Of a stretch of 64,000 nt of DNA, positions 1 through 10,072 are shown one piece after another. The translations under genes were made by a program, and so were the position numbers. The notes beneath the pieces are model-generated. The model made no database searches. It was not told where the DNA came from and saw only the letters and a program-made list of their open reading frames with translations. Within the stretch, counting starts at the first letter, position 1, and each line of letters begins with the position of its first letter. This stretch comes from Candidatus Cloacimonadales bacterium (GTDB lineage Bacteria > Cloacimonadota > Cloacimonadia > G963667145), in assembly GCA_965228195.1 (NCBI GenBank), contig OZ245797.1, positions 452,088 through 516,087 of the forward strand, read 5' to 3'.

Positions 1-85
1 GGCTTTCTTTTGCCACTGGCTATCGCCCTGCGGCAACCTTCCTTTGGCTTTACCAAAAAGTTTGAGATTAAATTTCACTTAGCGA

Positions 86-1330
86 CTAACCTTGATATTT
101 CTTGAAAATCATCACGCCGTTGTGTCCACCAAACCCCAGCGAGTTGCTCAAAGCCACCTGAATATCCAGATCTTCGGCTCCGCCACTGATGTAGTCCAGA
201 TCGCACTCGGGGTCAGGGTTAACGATGTTGATGGTGGGATGCACTTTGCTGGTTTGAATAGATTTGCAACAGACCAAAGCCTCGATGGCAGCGGCTCCAC
301 CCAAGGTGTGAGCTATCATAGATTTGGTCGAGTTGATCTTCAACTTCTGAGCATGCTCGCCAAAAACTGTCTTGATCGATTGAGTCTCAAACTTGTCGTT
401 GTAAGGGGTAGAGGTTCCGTGAGCGCTCAGGTATTGCACCTGCTCTGGGGCTACTTTAGCCTCTGCCAAAGCGGCTCTCATGGCTCTGGCTCCACCCTCG
501 CCACCTTCTGCCGGAGCGGTGATGTGGTGAGCATCGCAACTGGCTCCGTAACCGACCACCTCGGCGTAAATCTTGGCTCCTCTGGCTTTGGCGTGCTCTA
601 GCTCTTCGAAAACCAAGACGCCAGCACCCTCACCCATCACAAAACCGTCGCGCTCACTATCGAAAGGACGACAAGCGGTTTTGACATCGTCGTTGCGGGT
701 GGAAAGAGCTTTCATCGAGCAAAATCCAGCCAGAGACAAAGGTGTGATGGCAGCTTCCGAGCCACCTGTCACCACGATGTCAGCATCGCCGTATTGGACG
801 GTGCGAAAAGCTGTGCCCAAAGCGTGGTTAGCCGAAGCACAAGCCGACGAACAGGTGAAGTTAGGACCTTTGAGCTTATACTTGATGGCAACTCCTGCCG
901 CGGCGGCGTTGATGATCATCTTGGGGATAAACTGCGGAGAGACCCGGCGAGGACCTTTGTTCAACAAGGTGTTTGCCTCTTTCTCAAAAGTTTCCATTCC
1001 CCCGATTCCACAACCCATTATGCAACCGGCTCGAAAAGGTTCGAAACTACCCTCTTGGTCGAGTCCCGCATCAGCCATAGCCTCACCTGCTGCCACAAGC
1101 ATAAAAATAGAATAAGAGTCCAACTTCTTTGCGGCTCGCTTATCCAATTTTTCTTTCGGGTCAAAATCTTTGACCTCGCCTGCCATATGAGAGGCAAAAC
1201 CTTCCACATCAAACTTGCTGATTTTATCGATTCCGTTCTCGCCGTTTAGCATCGCCTGCCAGCTTTCTTCTACATTGTGTCCCACCGAGTTTATGGTGCC
1301 AAGACCAGTAACAACAACTCTTTTTTTCAT
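86..1330 (-). CDS. fabF: 3-oxoacyl-ACP synthase II
   Basis: MKKRVVVTGLG start, catalytic SACAS, AHGTST and SNSLGFGGHN motifs; last gene of fab cluster. Confidence 0.97.
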   Translation of the reverse strand: MKKRVVVTGLGTINSVGHNVEESWQAMLNGENGIDKISKFDVEGFASHMAGEVKDFDPKEKLDKRAAKKLDSYSIFMLVAAGEAMADAGLDQEGSFEPFRAGCIMGCGIGGMETFEKEANTLLNKGPRRVSPQFIPKMIINAAAAGVAIKYKLKGPNFTCSSACASANHALGTAFRTVQYGDADIVVTGGSEAAITPLSLAGFCSMKALSTRNDDVKTACRPFDSERDGFVMGEGAGVLVFEELEHAKARGAKIYAEVVGYGASCDAHHITAPAEGGEGGARAMRAALAEAKVAPEQVQYLSAHGTSTPYNDKFETQSIKTVFGEHAQKLKINSTKSMIAHTLGGAAAIEALVCCKSIQTSKVHPTINIVNPDPECDLDYISGGAEDLDIQVALSNSLGFGGHNGVMIFKKYQG

Positions 1331-1363
1331 ACTTTAAAAATCTCCTTCTCAAATAAAAGCAAA

Positions 1364-1422
1364 AGCTACTCTTTCATCTTCAGAAAAGTTTGTTCAACTT
1401 CCTTAATACCAAAAGAGTAGCT
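1364..1422 (-). other. Inverted repeat between acpP and fabF (possible attenuator or mRNA-processing stem)
   Basis: AGCTACTCTTT (1364-1374) / AAAGAGTAGCT (1412-1422) perfect 11-bp arms. Confidence 0.4.
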
Positions 1423-1433
1423 ACTTTAACTTT

Positions 1434-1667
1434 CTAACCTAATTTTTCTTTGAGATAATCGATAGACTCGCCAACTGTTTTGAGTTTGCCAGCATCCTCA
1501 TCTGGGATCTCGATATCGAACTCTTCCTCGAACTTCATAATCAGCTCCACGGTGTCCAAAGAGTCTGCACCCAAATCGTCGATATAGCTAGCAGAAGGCA
1601 CAACCTCAGCAGCTTCCACATCCAACTCTTCTACGATAATATCTCTTACTTTAGCTTCAATATCCAT
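1434..1667 (-). CDS. acpP: Acyl carrier protein
   Basis: [12 protein letters not shown] phosphopantetheine site; 77 aa, acidic. Confidence 0.98.
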   Translation of the reverse strand: MDIEAKVRDIIVEELDVEAAEVVPSASYIDDLGADSLDTVELIMKFEEEFDIEIPDEDAGKLKTVGESIDYLKEKLG

Positions 1668-1700
1668 TTCCGTCCTCCTAAATGGTTCTACTTACTTTTT

Positions 1701-2438
1701 TTATTGCATCACCAAACCACCATCCACATTGATGGTTTGTCCGGTGATATAGTTTGCTTTATCACTAGCCAAAAACAGACAAAGCTCGGCGACATCTTCC
1801 ACCGTGCCTAGTTTGTTTAGGGCAATACCTTTCTTATACTCTGCCACAACCTCTTCCGGGAGGCTATCGGTCATCTTCGTCTGAATAAACCCCGGGGCAA
1901 TCGCATTACAACGAACACCTCTTGAGCCAAACTCCTTGGCTACCGACTTGCTGAAAGCTATCACACCACCTTTGCTGGCAGCGTAGTTGGTTTGTCCTGC
2001 GTTTCCGATCAATCCGACCACCGACGCCATATTCAAGATCACGCCCGATTTTTGCTTCATCATAATCTTGCTCGCTTTTTGCGTGCAGACGAAAACGCCT
2101 TTGAGGTTCACATCCATCACCGCTTGCCAATCTGCCTCTTTCATTCGCATCAGCATTCCATCTCTGGTAATGCCCGCGTTGTTCACCAAAATGTCAAGAG
2201 AACCTTCCACTTTCTTCAGCCCTGCGAAAAGTTCTTGCATCTTTTCCGAGTCGGTGACATCGGCAACACACCCTTGCACAGCACCGAAACTTTGCAAAGA
2301 TTGAACAGCTTCGTCCACCGCCTGTGGTTGCAAATCGACGATAGTCACCTTGGCTCCGCTTTGGACGAACCTTTTTGCCACGGCGTAACCGATGCCAGCT
2401 GCGGCTCCTGTTACGACGGCGATTTTACCTCTCAACAT
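1701..2438 (-). CDS. fabG: 3-oxoacyl-ACP reductase
   Basis: TGAAAGIG, NNAGITRD, YAASK SDR motifs; fab context. Confidence 0.96.
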   Translation of the reverse strand: MLRGKIAVVTGAAAGIGYAVAKRFVQSGAKVTIVDLQPQAVDEAVQSLQSFGAVQGCVADVTDSEKMQELFAGLKKVEGSLDILVNNAGITRDGMLMRMKEADWQAVMDVNLKGVFVCTQKASKIMMKQKSGVILNMASVVGLIGNAGQTNYAASKGGVIAFSKSVAKEFGSRGVRCNAIAPGFIQTKMTDSLPEEVVAEYKKGIALNKLGTVEDVAELCLFLASDKANYITGQTINVDGGLVMQ

Positions 2439-2440
2439 TG

Positions 2441-3394
2441 TTACGCCTGACTCAAGCTTGCTACGACTTTGGCAACATCTTCTAGTTTATCGATGTTAAG
2501 AACCTTGGCTTTGCGGAAAATCTTCTTGATCATCCCGCTGACAACTTTGCCCGGTCCAAACTCCACAAAAATCTCGACACCTTCTGCCAACATCTTCTCT
2601 ACCGAAGCTATCCATTGCACCGAACCGCTGACTTGCTTAATCAGGTTCCCCTTGATTTGGTCGATATCGGTATGTAGCTGAGCATCGATGTTGCTCACCA
2701 GCGGACAACTACCTTCTTTAAGCTCTATCTTAGCCAACTCGGTAGCCAAACCATCGGCGGCAGGTTGCATCAAAGAGCTGTGAAAAGCACAACTTACTGC
2801 CAAGGGGATAACCCTTTTGGCTCCTGCCTCTTCTGCCAACTTGGCAGCTTTTTTCACCGCAGAGCCACTGCCCGAGATTACCACCTGCACCGGCGTGTTA
2901 TAGTTGGCGATTGCCACCTTAGCTTCCGCATCGCTCGCCTTGGCACAAACATCTTCGACATCTGGCACGCTCATACCGATGATCGCACACATACCACCGT
3001 CAGACCCTTCACCGGCTTTTGTCATAAACAAACCTCTTTGGTGCACCAGATAAAGAGCGTCTTCGAGAGACAAGACTCCTGAGGCTACCAAAGCCGAAAA
3101 CTCACCCAAGGAGTGACCTGCCACCATATCTGGCTTCAAATCTAACTCTTTTTGCAAAGCTCTGAGTGCGGCTAGAGAGTGAAGCAAGATAGAGGGCTGA
3201 GTGTATTGCGTTTGTGCCAACTTCTGGCTTGGACCCTCACTCATCAGCTCTAACAAATCGAAGCCCGCCTTTTGCGAAAAGTTTTGGGCGCTCTTTTTCA
3301 ACTCTGGATCTGCAGACAAGAAGTCGGCAGCCATCCCCACATATTGCGCTCCTTGCCCAGGAAACACAAAAGCTACTTTTTTACCATTAAACAT
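2441..3394 (-). CDS. fabD: Malonyl-CoA:ACP transacylase
   Basis: FPGQGAQ, GHSLGE, AFHS motifs. Confidence 0.97.
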   Translation of the reverse strand: MFNGKKVAFVFPGQGAQYVGMAADFLSADPELKKSAQNFSQKAGFDLLELMSEGPSQKLAQTQYTQPSILLHSLAALRALQKELDLKPDMVAGHSLGEFSALVASGVLSLEDALYLVHQRGLFMTKAGEGSDGGMCAIIGMSVPDVEDVCAKASDAEAKVAIANYNTPVQVVISGSGSAVKKAAKLAEEAGAKRVIPLAVSCAFHSSLMQPAADGLATELAKIELKEGSCPLVSNIDAQLHTDIDQIKGNLIKQVSGSVQWIASVEKMLAEGVEIFVEFGPGKVVSGMIKKIFRKAKVLNIDKLEDVAKVVASLSQA

Positions 3395-3410
3395 TTTTTT
3401 ATTTTCTCCC

Positions 3411-4403
3411 TTAAACTCTGAGTAGCATCGCCCCAGAGGTAAGTCCCGCCCCGAAGGCGGTCATCATCACCAAATCGCCCTTCTTGATCTTGCCATCTTG
3501 CAAGGCGTGATCGAAAGCCATCGGCACCGAAGCCGCAGAGGTGTTACCGTATTCGTGAATGTTCACCACCACCTTGTCCGCATCTATTCTCATCTTCTTG
3601 CCCAACCCCTCGATGATCCGCATATTCGCCTGATGAGGGACCAGAAAATCTATATCGTCAAAAGTTATGCCTGTCCTTGCAGCTAGCTCCTTGCAAACGG
3701 CGTGCATGCTCTTGATCGCCAGCTTGAATATCTTGTTGCCTTCCATCTGGATTGTGTGCAAGTTTTTGGCAACCGTCTCTTGGCTGGCTGGTTTTCTGGA
3801 GCCACCAGCCTCTTGTTTGAGCAGATCGAAATCTTTGCCGCTAGCTTCCAAATAAGAGCCAATAAACCTAGAGGTGTCGTCTAAACCTGCTCGGGAGTAA
3901 ATACAAGCCCCGGCACCATCTCCAAACAAGATACAGGTGTTTCGGTCTTGGTAGTTGGTGATTCTGGTGAGCGTATCTGCGCCTATCACCAAGACCCGCT
4001 TGTGAAAGCCAGCCTCGATATAAGCCCTTGCCATATCACTGGCGTAGACAAAGCCCGTGCAACCGGCAGAAATGTCCATCGCCGCGGCTCTATCTATCCC
4101 CAACTTTTTTTGCACCAAACAAGCCGTGGAAGGGAAAGAGTAATCGGGAGTGACCGTTGCCACCAGGATCAAATCTATATCTTGGGCAGAAAGACCCGCA
4201 TCTTTTATCGCTTTTTTTGCGGCAACGAAGGCTATGTCGCTAGTGGCTTGATCTTTGTCAGCCCTGCGCCTTTCCTTCATTCCAGTCATCGAGGAAATCC
4301 ACTCATCCGAGGTGTCCAAAAACTTCTCAAAATAGGAGTTGGTAATTACCTCATCCGGTACATAATGCCCAGTACCTTCTAATTTTGCTTGAAATTTTGC
4401 CAT
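3411..4403 (-). CDS. fabH: 3-oxoacyl-ACP synthase III
   Basis: AGCTGF, PHQAN, GNTSAAS motifs; start moved to ATG 4403 (AAGGA upstream). Confidence 0.96.
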   Translation of the reverse strand: MAKFQAKLEGTGHYVPDEVITNSYFEKFLDTSDEWISSMTGMKERRRADKDQATSDIAFVAAKKAIKDAGLSAQDIDLILVATVTPDYSFPSTACLVQKKLGIDRAAAMDISAGCTGFVYASDMARAYIEAGFHKRVLVIGADTLTRITNYQDRNTCILFGDGAGACIYSRAGLDDTSRFIGSYLEASGKDFDLLKQEAGGSRKPASQETVAKNLHTIQMEGNKIFKLAIKSMHAVCKELAARTGITFDDIDFLVPHQANMRIIEGLGKKMRIDADKVVVNIHEYGNTSAASVPMAFDHALQDGKIKKGDLVMMTAFGAGLTSGAMLLRV

Positions 4404-5403
4404 TTTCGTTTCCTTTGTATTCAAAAAAATCTTTACTATATCTCACAATCCCCGATTGGGCGCTCTTGGCAGCGAACTCGATTCCTTTGGCTATCGCCTC
4501 TTGGCTACTAGAGCCGTGAGCTATCACCGTCAGACCCTTTAGGCCCATCAGCAAAGCTCCACCATAAACCTCGGGACTCATCTTCTTCTTGAGGATCGCA
4601 AAAACTGGTTTCATCAGCAAGGCGCCTATTTTGGCTAAAAAACTTTCTTTAACACCCTTTTTGAGCAAACTGATCACAAACTTGGCTGTCCCTTCGGCAC
4701 TCTTCAAGAAGATATTACCCGTAAAGCCATCGCAAACCACCACATCCACATCACCATAAACGTCGGAAGGCTCCACATTGCCGATGAAGTTTACCGACTG
4801 CTCTTTTTGCAAATTTTCGTGAACCTTCACATAAAGTTGTGAGCCTTTGCTACTCTCCTCACCGATGTTCAACAGTCCCACTCGCGGGCGATCGATATCG
4901 AAACAAAAGTGTGAATAGAGGCTGCCCATCTGAGCGAACTGCACCAAAATCTCCGGCTTGCAATCGGCGTTTGCCCCCACATCCAGCACGATCTTGTCTG
5001 TCTTGTTGCCAGGGAACAAAGTGGCAATGGCAGGACGCAAAATACCTTTTAGCCGACCATACACTAGTAGGGAAGCAGACATCACTGCCCCAGTGTTTCC
5101 CGCAGAAAAGACGGCGTCCACCCTGCGATGCTTGTAAAGTTCCAAGGCTCTGACCAGCGAAGAGTCTTTCTTCTTGCGAACGACTCTGGCTCCTTTGTCT
5201 TCCATGGTGATCACCTGACGGGCGTCCACCACCTCCACCTTTTCTTGGTCGTAGTCGTATTTGCGCAACTCTTGGGCTATCTCCTCCTGCCTGCCTACTA
5301 GCACGATTTTCCCACAATAACCTCTTTGCAAGGCTTTTATGCTACCGGCTACCTCGCGGGCAGGAGCGAAATCTCCACCAAAAGCGTCAACAGCTACTAT
5401 CAT
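4351..5403 (-). CDS. plsX: Phosphate acyltransferase
   Basis: AVDAFGGDFAP, SAGNTGA, LDVGANAD, NIGEE, VCDGFTGN motifs; 3' end overlaps fabH by 53 nt. Confidence 0.96.
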   Translation of the reverse strand: MIVAVDAFGGDFAPAREVAGSIKALQRGYCGKIVLVGRQEEIAQELRKYDYDQEKVEVVDARQVITMEDKGARVVRKKKDSSLVRALELYKHRRVDAVFSAGNTGAVMSASLLVYGRLKGILRPAIATLFPGNKTDKIVLDVGANADCKPEILVQFAQMGSLYSHFCFDIDRPRVGLLNIGEESSKGSQLYVKVHENLQKEQSVNFIGNVEPSDVYGDVDVVVCDGFTGNIFLKSAEGTAKFVISLLKKGVKESFLAKIGALLMKPVFAILKKKMSPEVYGGALLMGLKGLTVIAHGSSSQEAIAKGIEFAAKSAQSGIVRYSKDFFEYKGNENGKISSKIRRYWALCTG

Positions 5404-5419
5404 CTAAGCTACTTGTTGC

Positions 5420-5602
5420 TCAAGCTTCCTTCGTCTGGATTATCTCTTTGCCACCGTAGTAGCCACAGCTGGTGCAAATATGGTGTGGGCTTACGGTTGC
5501 CCCACAGTTAGAGCACTCAGAGATACCAGGCATAACAGCTTTGTAATGAGTTCTTCTTTTTCTTTTTCTTTGTTTAGATGTTTTTCTCTTAGGTACTGCC
5601 AT
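5420..5602 (-). CDS. rpmF: 50S ribosomal protein L32
   Basis: MAVPKRKTSK start, CxxC...CxxC. Confidence 0.97.
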   Translation of the reverse strand: MAVPKRKTSKQRKRKRRTHYKAVMPGISECSNCGATVSPHHICTSCGYYGGKEIIQTKEA

Positions 5603-5639
5603 CTTAATTCTCCTAAATAAAATTATTCCTTAAAGATTA

Positions 5640-5668
5640 CAAGAATTTGATACTTGAGTATGTGTCAA
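5640..5668 (-). promoter_or_regulatory. Putative promoter of rpmF-fab operon (TTGACA-N21-TG)
   Basis: TTGACA on minus strand at 5663-5668 upstream of rpmF; no TATAAT. Confidence 0.5.
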
Positions 5669-5721
5669 GTTAAATAAACAGCAATAGACGCCTTGCAATG
5701 TTCTAATAAGGTTAACTATTA

Positions 5722-6999
5722 TTACATCCGATACTCAAAACCAAAAGCGATTACATCGTTTCTTTTGGAGTATGTTACACCGTCATTACTAGTTTCGTCT
5801 TCGTAAGAGTTGAGCATATAAGCCAGGTTCACACTCATATCTTTGCTTAGATTATAACCACACCCTACACAATAGGTGTTGCAATCCAAAGAGGGGCTCA
5901 TCTGCTCGGTCAAACCGTAATCGGAGGCGGACAAGTAGTTTTCGGTTCTCATATAACCGGCAGTCGCCCAGATTTGCTGATTGAAGTTGTATTTAGCGGA
6001 AAAAGCCAAATCGTGGGAGTTGCTAGAGACATCTTTCTCTTCTCCTTCCCAATCGGCATCTTTCTCTAGGTAGTAGGTGAAAGAGCTGGCGAAGCTGAGC
6101 TTGTCGTTGAGATCGTAGTTCACGCCAAAACCTAACAGCCCTGGCAGATCACGACGAGATTTGTCACCATCATTCTTGCCCATACCTTTTAACACGCCAG
6201 TGCCATAAGCATTACTTTTATCTTCCAGCTCAAAATCAAGATTAACTTGCGATTCGTAACGCAAAGCCAATCTCAAATCTTCCAACGGCAAATAGTCTAC
6301 ACTAACCACTCCCCCAAATCCGTGAGCAGTTTCGGCATATTCAAGTTCTAATTCTTGCAAAACCCCTGAGTAAGCTCCTCCATTTAAAGTGATTTCCGAA
6401 CTGGCTTCTACACTTTTACTGGCATAGATATAACGAGCACCCAAAGCTACCGAAACTTGCTCATTAACTTGATAAGAGCCACCAGTGGTAAAAGTGTAAT
6501 AAGCGCTAAAAGCTTTTACTTCATCGTTATCAAAACTATAACTAGAAGCTCCTGTCTGTTTCCTCAAAGTATCTGCAAAATTAGCACTTAATCCATAAGT
6601 AACAGAGTTACCATTTGCATAGTCAACTGTGCCACCACCACCGTTGGCAGTCAAACTTCCGAAAAGCCCCCAGTTGTCTTTCTTGTAAGTCACAAACATA
6701 TTCGGTATCGGCGAGGGAGCGTCCTGCTTCTCGGTCACCTCTTTGCCTTGGAAATCGTCTGTGTAAGTGTGTTCATAAGTTTTCAAGATATACTGCAGAT
6801 CGACACTGATCTTGACACCCTCTTCACCGAGCATCACCCCGGCTGGGTTAAAAGCGGCAATATCGGCAGCGTCGATAGCCACATTTCTGGTTGGCTCACC
6901 CATATAGCGTGAACCAAGATTTTGTTTGTTGTCTATTCCACCGGCGAACAACTGTCCACCCAACAAAAGCGACAACGCAATTCCTAACACTCTTTTCAT
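5722..6999 (-). CDS. Outer-membrane beta-barrel, FadL/OmpP1-like transporter
   Basis: Signal peptide MKRVLGIALSLLLGGQLFA, FNPAG motif, alternating beta-strands, aromatic C-terminus FGFEYRM. Confidence 0.75.
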   Translation of the reverse strand: MKRVLGIALSLLLGGQLFAGGIDNKQNLGSRYMGEPTRNVAIDAADIAAFNPAGVMLGEEGVKISVDLQYILKTYEHTYTDDFQGKEVTEKQDAPSPIPNMFVTYKKDNWGLFGSLTANGGGGTVDYANGNSVTYGLSANFADTLRKQTGASSYSFDNDEVKAFSAYYTFTTGGSYQVNEQVSVALGARYIYASKSVEASSEITLNGGAYSGVLQELELEYAETAHGFGGVVSVDYLPLEDLRLALRYESQVNLDFELEDKSNAYGTGVLKGMGKNDGDKSRRDLPGLLGFGVNYDLNDKLSFASSFTYYLEKDADWEGEEKDVSSNSHDLAFSAKYNFNQQIWATAGYMRTENYLSASDYGLTEQMSPSLDCNTYCVGCGYNLSKDMSVNLAYMLNSYEDETSNDGVTYSKRNDVIAFGFEYRM

Positions 7000-7162
7000 T
7001 TTTCGTCTCCTTAATTTTCGTCGGGACAATTTCCCAATCTCTTATTGTTAAGGCACTCTTTTTTTTGCGCCTCAGATGTCAAAGCCAAAAACAACTAAAT
7101 CTGCAAAAATACCGATAGGTAGGTTTTTAAACAAAACAAAGGTTAATCGTCTCAATTTGCAC

Positions 7163-7196
7163 AAAAAAAGCCCCCCGGCTTTTAAACCAGAGGGCG
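7163..7196 (-). terminator. Probable intrinsic terminator after NifB/NifX-family gene
   Basis: Imperfect GC stem (GCCCCCCGG/CCAGAGGGC) adjacent to A7, which is a U-tract on the minus strand. Confidence 0.5.
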
Positions 7197-7218
7197 ACAA
7201 ATCTACATCTTTAGCTTT

Positions 7219-7590
7219 TTAGCTGCAACACCCTTTATCCCCTTGGCACGAGGTCTCGGAAGAAAACTCCGACATTCCCACTTGGTTGAACTGGACGATG
7301 TTTTCTGCCACCGTTCCCACAATGCCCTTGTAAACCTTCACCCCCGCTTGGTTGAACTTAGCCACGGCTGGTGAGCCGATGCCTCCCACAACGACCGCAT
7401 CGATTTTTGTCTTTTGAAAAGATGCCATCGGGTTGCACTGATTAGACTCATGCTCCAAATCTTCGTTTTTGACGGTAACAAACTCCTTGCTACTATCATC
7501 ATAGACGATGTAAAAAGGTGCACCACCAAAACGATCACGCACCTTGCTTTTTTGAGCTTTGTCTTTATCTACAGGAAAACAGATTTTCAT
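7219..7590 (-). CDS. NifB/NifX (dinitrogenase Fe-Mo cofactor biosynthesis) family small protein
   Basis: MKICFP...RFGGAPFY...DAVVVGGIG...GVKVY family pattern. Confidence 0.85.
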   Translation of the reverse strand: MKICFPVDKDKAQKSKVRDRFGGAPFYIVYDDSSKEFVTVKNEDLEHESNQCNPMASFQKTKIDAVVVGGIGSPAVAKFNQAGVKVYKGIVGTVAENIVQFNQVGMSEFSSETSCQGDKGCCS

Positions 7591-7776
7591 ACTTCCTCCC
7601 TTAAATTTATCAATATTTATTATTTAACAACCAAAAAATAGAGTCAAGCAAAAAGGTCACCTATCCTGACTGTTCTAACCCAATAAAACCAAAAGATAAA
7701 TGACCTAAACTAATAATAACCTAAAAGTAAACCCCAGAAAAAAACTTCTTGAAGTTTCAATGTTCTTTTCCTAAAG

Positions 7777-8235
7777 TTACTCCTGAGCTGGTTGTTGAGC
7801 CTCGATCAAAGCGTCCAAAATAGATCTGACGGCTCTTCTGCCTTTTATCCCAAAACCGGTCTCTACACCGAACTTGTCTTTGACGATCAAAACTTTCTCC
7901 ACATCACCTTTCTTGAGGGCTCCCTCGGAAAGGGTGTTGATATAAGAGATCGGCGACCTATAAATCAATCGATAACGATAATTTTGGGTATCCCAAAGTC
8001 CCATATAAACGCCTTTGTCGGTGACGAAGAAAACGCCGTAAGACAAGAGTCTTCCACCCTCATACATTGGCGCCCACTCTTTGTAAAGAACATCTTTCGA
8101 ACCGTCGTTAGCAACCTCTTTGGCCATTGCCGAAAAGATTGGCGTCTCGTAAGGTCCTTGAACTTCTCGCATCGGAGCCGCACCGCAGCCGCACAACAAA
8201 ACCACTGCCACAAAAACCAACCATTTACCTCTCAT
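7777..8235 (-). CDS. Hypothetical lipoprotein
   Basis: Lipobox-like VVLLCGC after hydrophobic stretch; AGGAG upstream of ATG 8235. Confidence 0.7.
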   Translation of the reverse strand: MRGKWLVFVAVVLLCGCGAAPMREVQGPYETPIFSAMAKEVANDGSKDVLYKEWAPMYEGGRLLSYGVFFVTDKGVYMGLWDTQNYRYRLIYRSPISYINTLSEGALKKGDVEKVLIVKDKFGVETGFGIKGRRAVRSILDALIEAQQPAQE

Positions 8236-8388
8236 ACAATCTCCTAATTCTATTTTTTTCACCACTAATATTACCCGCAATATATTTGTCAACAGAATTG
8301 TTAGTTATTGGTTTATATAGCTTAAAAAAGTTTTCACTGTAAAACTTAATTTTCCCCTTTTCGCGGCAAAACCTCAGGTCACTTACAT

Positions 8389-8461
8389 ACTCGTTCATAG
8401 CAATGAAGCGGGAGGGTGGGAGGTGGTTTCCGCATCAAACCGCTACGATGTTTGGTGCGGG
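8389..8461. repeat. Dispersed hairpin repeat, copy 1
   Basis: Near-identical to 8882-8953; contains CCGCATCAAAC/GTTTGGTGCGG stem. Confidence 0.85.
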
Positions 8462-8862
8462 AGATACCGCTCGAAAAACTCTGAACCCTTAGCAATGTAC
8501 TCTTTAAGAGTTTGAGTTGCCCAAATCCTGAACCTTGTTGCCTGTCTTGAATTTATGCGGTATCCAACCGAAATTATAGCATCAAGATGATATTCCGTAT
8601 TTCTTTTTACGCTTCTTCCGCCTTCTTCTTGAACTGTTTCCAAAATGGAAATAGTTGAATCTTTATCCAACTCTCCCGAGTCGAAAATATTTTTAAGATG
8701 TTTACTTATCGCTGGAACTTGAACTCCGAACAGATGAGCTATTGACTCTTGAGGAAGCCATACGGTTTCATCTTTTAAAATAACTTCAACCTCAATGTTT
8801 CCTTCAGGCGTCGAATACAACAAAAAGTCAGTCAATTCATCTTTTATTGAAAGTTTTTTCAT
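8443..8862 (-). pseudogene. RhuM-family protein, C-terminally truncated
   Basis: ETVWL...LDAIISVGYRINS...FRIWAT..LKEYIAKG, then diverges and stops inside the hairpin repeat; full-length paralog at 26562 continues GFLLDDER. Confidence 0.75.
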
Positions 8863-8881
8863 AAATAACTCCTTTTTGCAC

Positions 8882-8997
8882 ACTCGTCATAGCAATGAAG
8901 CGGGAGGATGGGTGGTGGTTTCCGCATCAAACCGCTACGATATTTGGTGCGGGCTACAACCGTTGATATTTAGCACATCGTCTGCCATTACTTTTAC
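8882..8997. repeat. Dispersed hairpin repeat, copy 2 (longest)
   Basis: Left part matches copy 1; right extension partly matches copy 3. Confidence 0.85.
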
Positions 8998-9017
8998 AAA
9001 ACTTAGCTTTTCGTTGT

Positions 9018-9872
9018 TTAATCCTTAATCTCTTTGTTGTCTTCTTCTTCTTCTAATCTCTTGCCTAATGCTCTAACATTTAAAGGACTCACAACGCTTT
9101 CTCCAAGTTTCTTTTCTAGATCCTTACGAGCTTTCCCTGCAACAGAACCGCCTTTTCTTGCAACCTTTTTATTCTCAGAAAGATTTTTAGGTTTTTCTTT
9201 TTTTGATAATTCAGTTGTAGATGTCTCTGCCAACATATTTAGGACTAATTCAAGATTTGTCATATTGTCTCTTAAGTTCTCTTTTTTCAAATCTTTTAAC
9301 TCTTTGTAGTCTCTTGTTGTTAATCCAGCCCAAGCTTTTGTTATTTCATCGGTTAGAATTGCATATTCCAATCCTTTTTTTACACCTCTTGCTTCCCATT
9401 CATCTGTCAATTCTTTACGAACCTCAATGCTTTTTAATCTTTGATTTATCCAGTTTTCTGAATATCCTTTTTTTAGATAGGTCTCCATTGCTCTATCAAA
9501 CGCTTTTTCTGGGTCTTCTGTTTCTTCAATCCTTTCGTATCCAACTTTAGCCAACCATAATTTGAATGGTTCAGCTTTCGGTGATGGTATCGACTGAATT
9601 AGTCTTAATAACTGCTCTGTGTCAGCAACATCCGTTTTGTAATATTTTCCATCTAATGATTGCATTTTCAGTTGACTACAATTTGTAGCCAACTCACTGC
9701 CTTCCTTTTTTAATCGGGTTTTTAGTACACTCCAATATTTTCGGGGATTAACACTTTGAGTCAATATTTCAATTATGTCAACTATCGAGAAATACCATTT
9801 TTCTTGGTCTTTGTCCCATTCGACTCTAACCTTTTGGTCTTGAAATAGTTTTATCGTATTTTCTTTTGTCAT
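9018..9872 (-). CDS. Bro-N domain (phage antirepressor-like) protein
   Basis: WYFSIVDI...RKYWSVLKTRLK...RLIQSIPSPKAEPFKLWLA...NLRDNMT pattern. Confidence 0.88.
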   Translation of the reverse strand: MTKENTIKLFQDQKVRVEWDKDQEKWYFSIVDIIEILTQSVNPRKYWSVLKTRLKKEGSELATNCSQLKMQSLDGKYYKTDVADTEQLLRLIQSIPSPKAEPFKLWLAKVGYERIEETEDPEKAFDRAMETYLKKGYSENWINQRLKSIEVRKELTDEWEARGVKKGLEYAILTDEITKAWAGLTTRDYKELKDLKKENLRDNMTNLELVLNMLAETSTTELSKKEKPKNLSENKKVARKGGSVAGKARKDLEKKLGESVVSPLNVRALGKRLEEEEDNKEIKD

Positions 9873-9973
9873 ATATTAATATTTTTCATCTTTAACGAAT
9901 ATCAAGTATTTGCAGTATCTCTTTTACAACGGACAATTTTATGAGTAGTAGCAGATTGCGTGGTAATCACCTG

Positions 9974-10043
9974 TCAAACCGCTACGATGTTTGGTGCGGG
10001 ACTAAAACCCTTGAATTTACTACATCGCTTTCGTTACTTATAT
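9974..10043. repeat. Dispersed hairpin repeat, copy 3 (partial)
   Basis: TCAAACCGCTACGATGTTTGGTGCGGG identical to copy 1 core; right extension similar to copy 2. Confidence 0.8.
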
Positions 10044-10072
10044 AAAGTGTGTGTGCCGTATTTCACAAGGAT

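Noticed and set aside
8218-8398. ~57-aa minus-strand ORF starting in hairpin repeat copy 1
   Set aside because: It starts inside a repeat, crosses a promoter-like region, overlaps the lipoprotein start and has no motif.
8389-10043. Integron attC sites
   Set aside because: No clear RYYYAAC...GTTRRRY ends and no integrase; kept only as an unassigned repeat.
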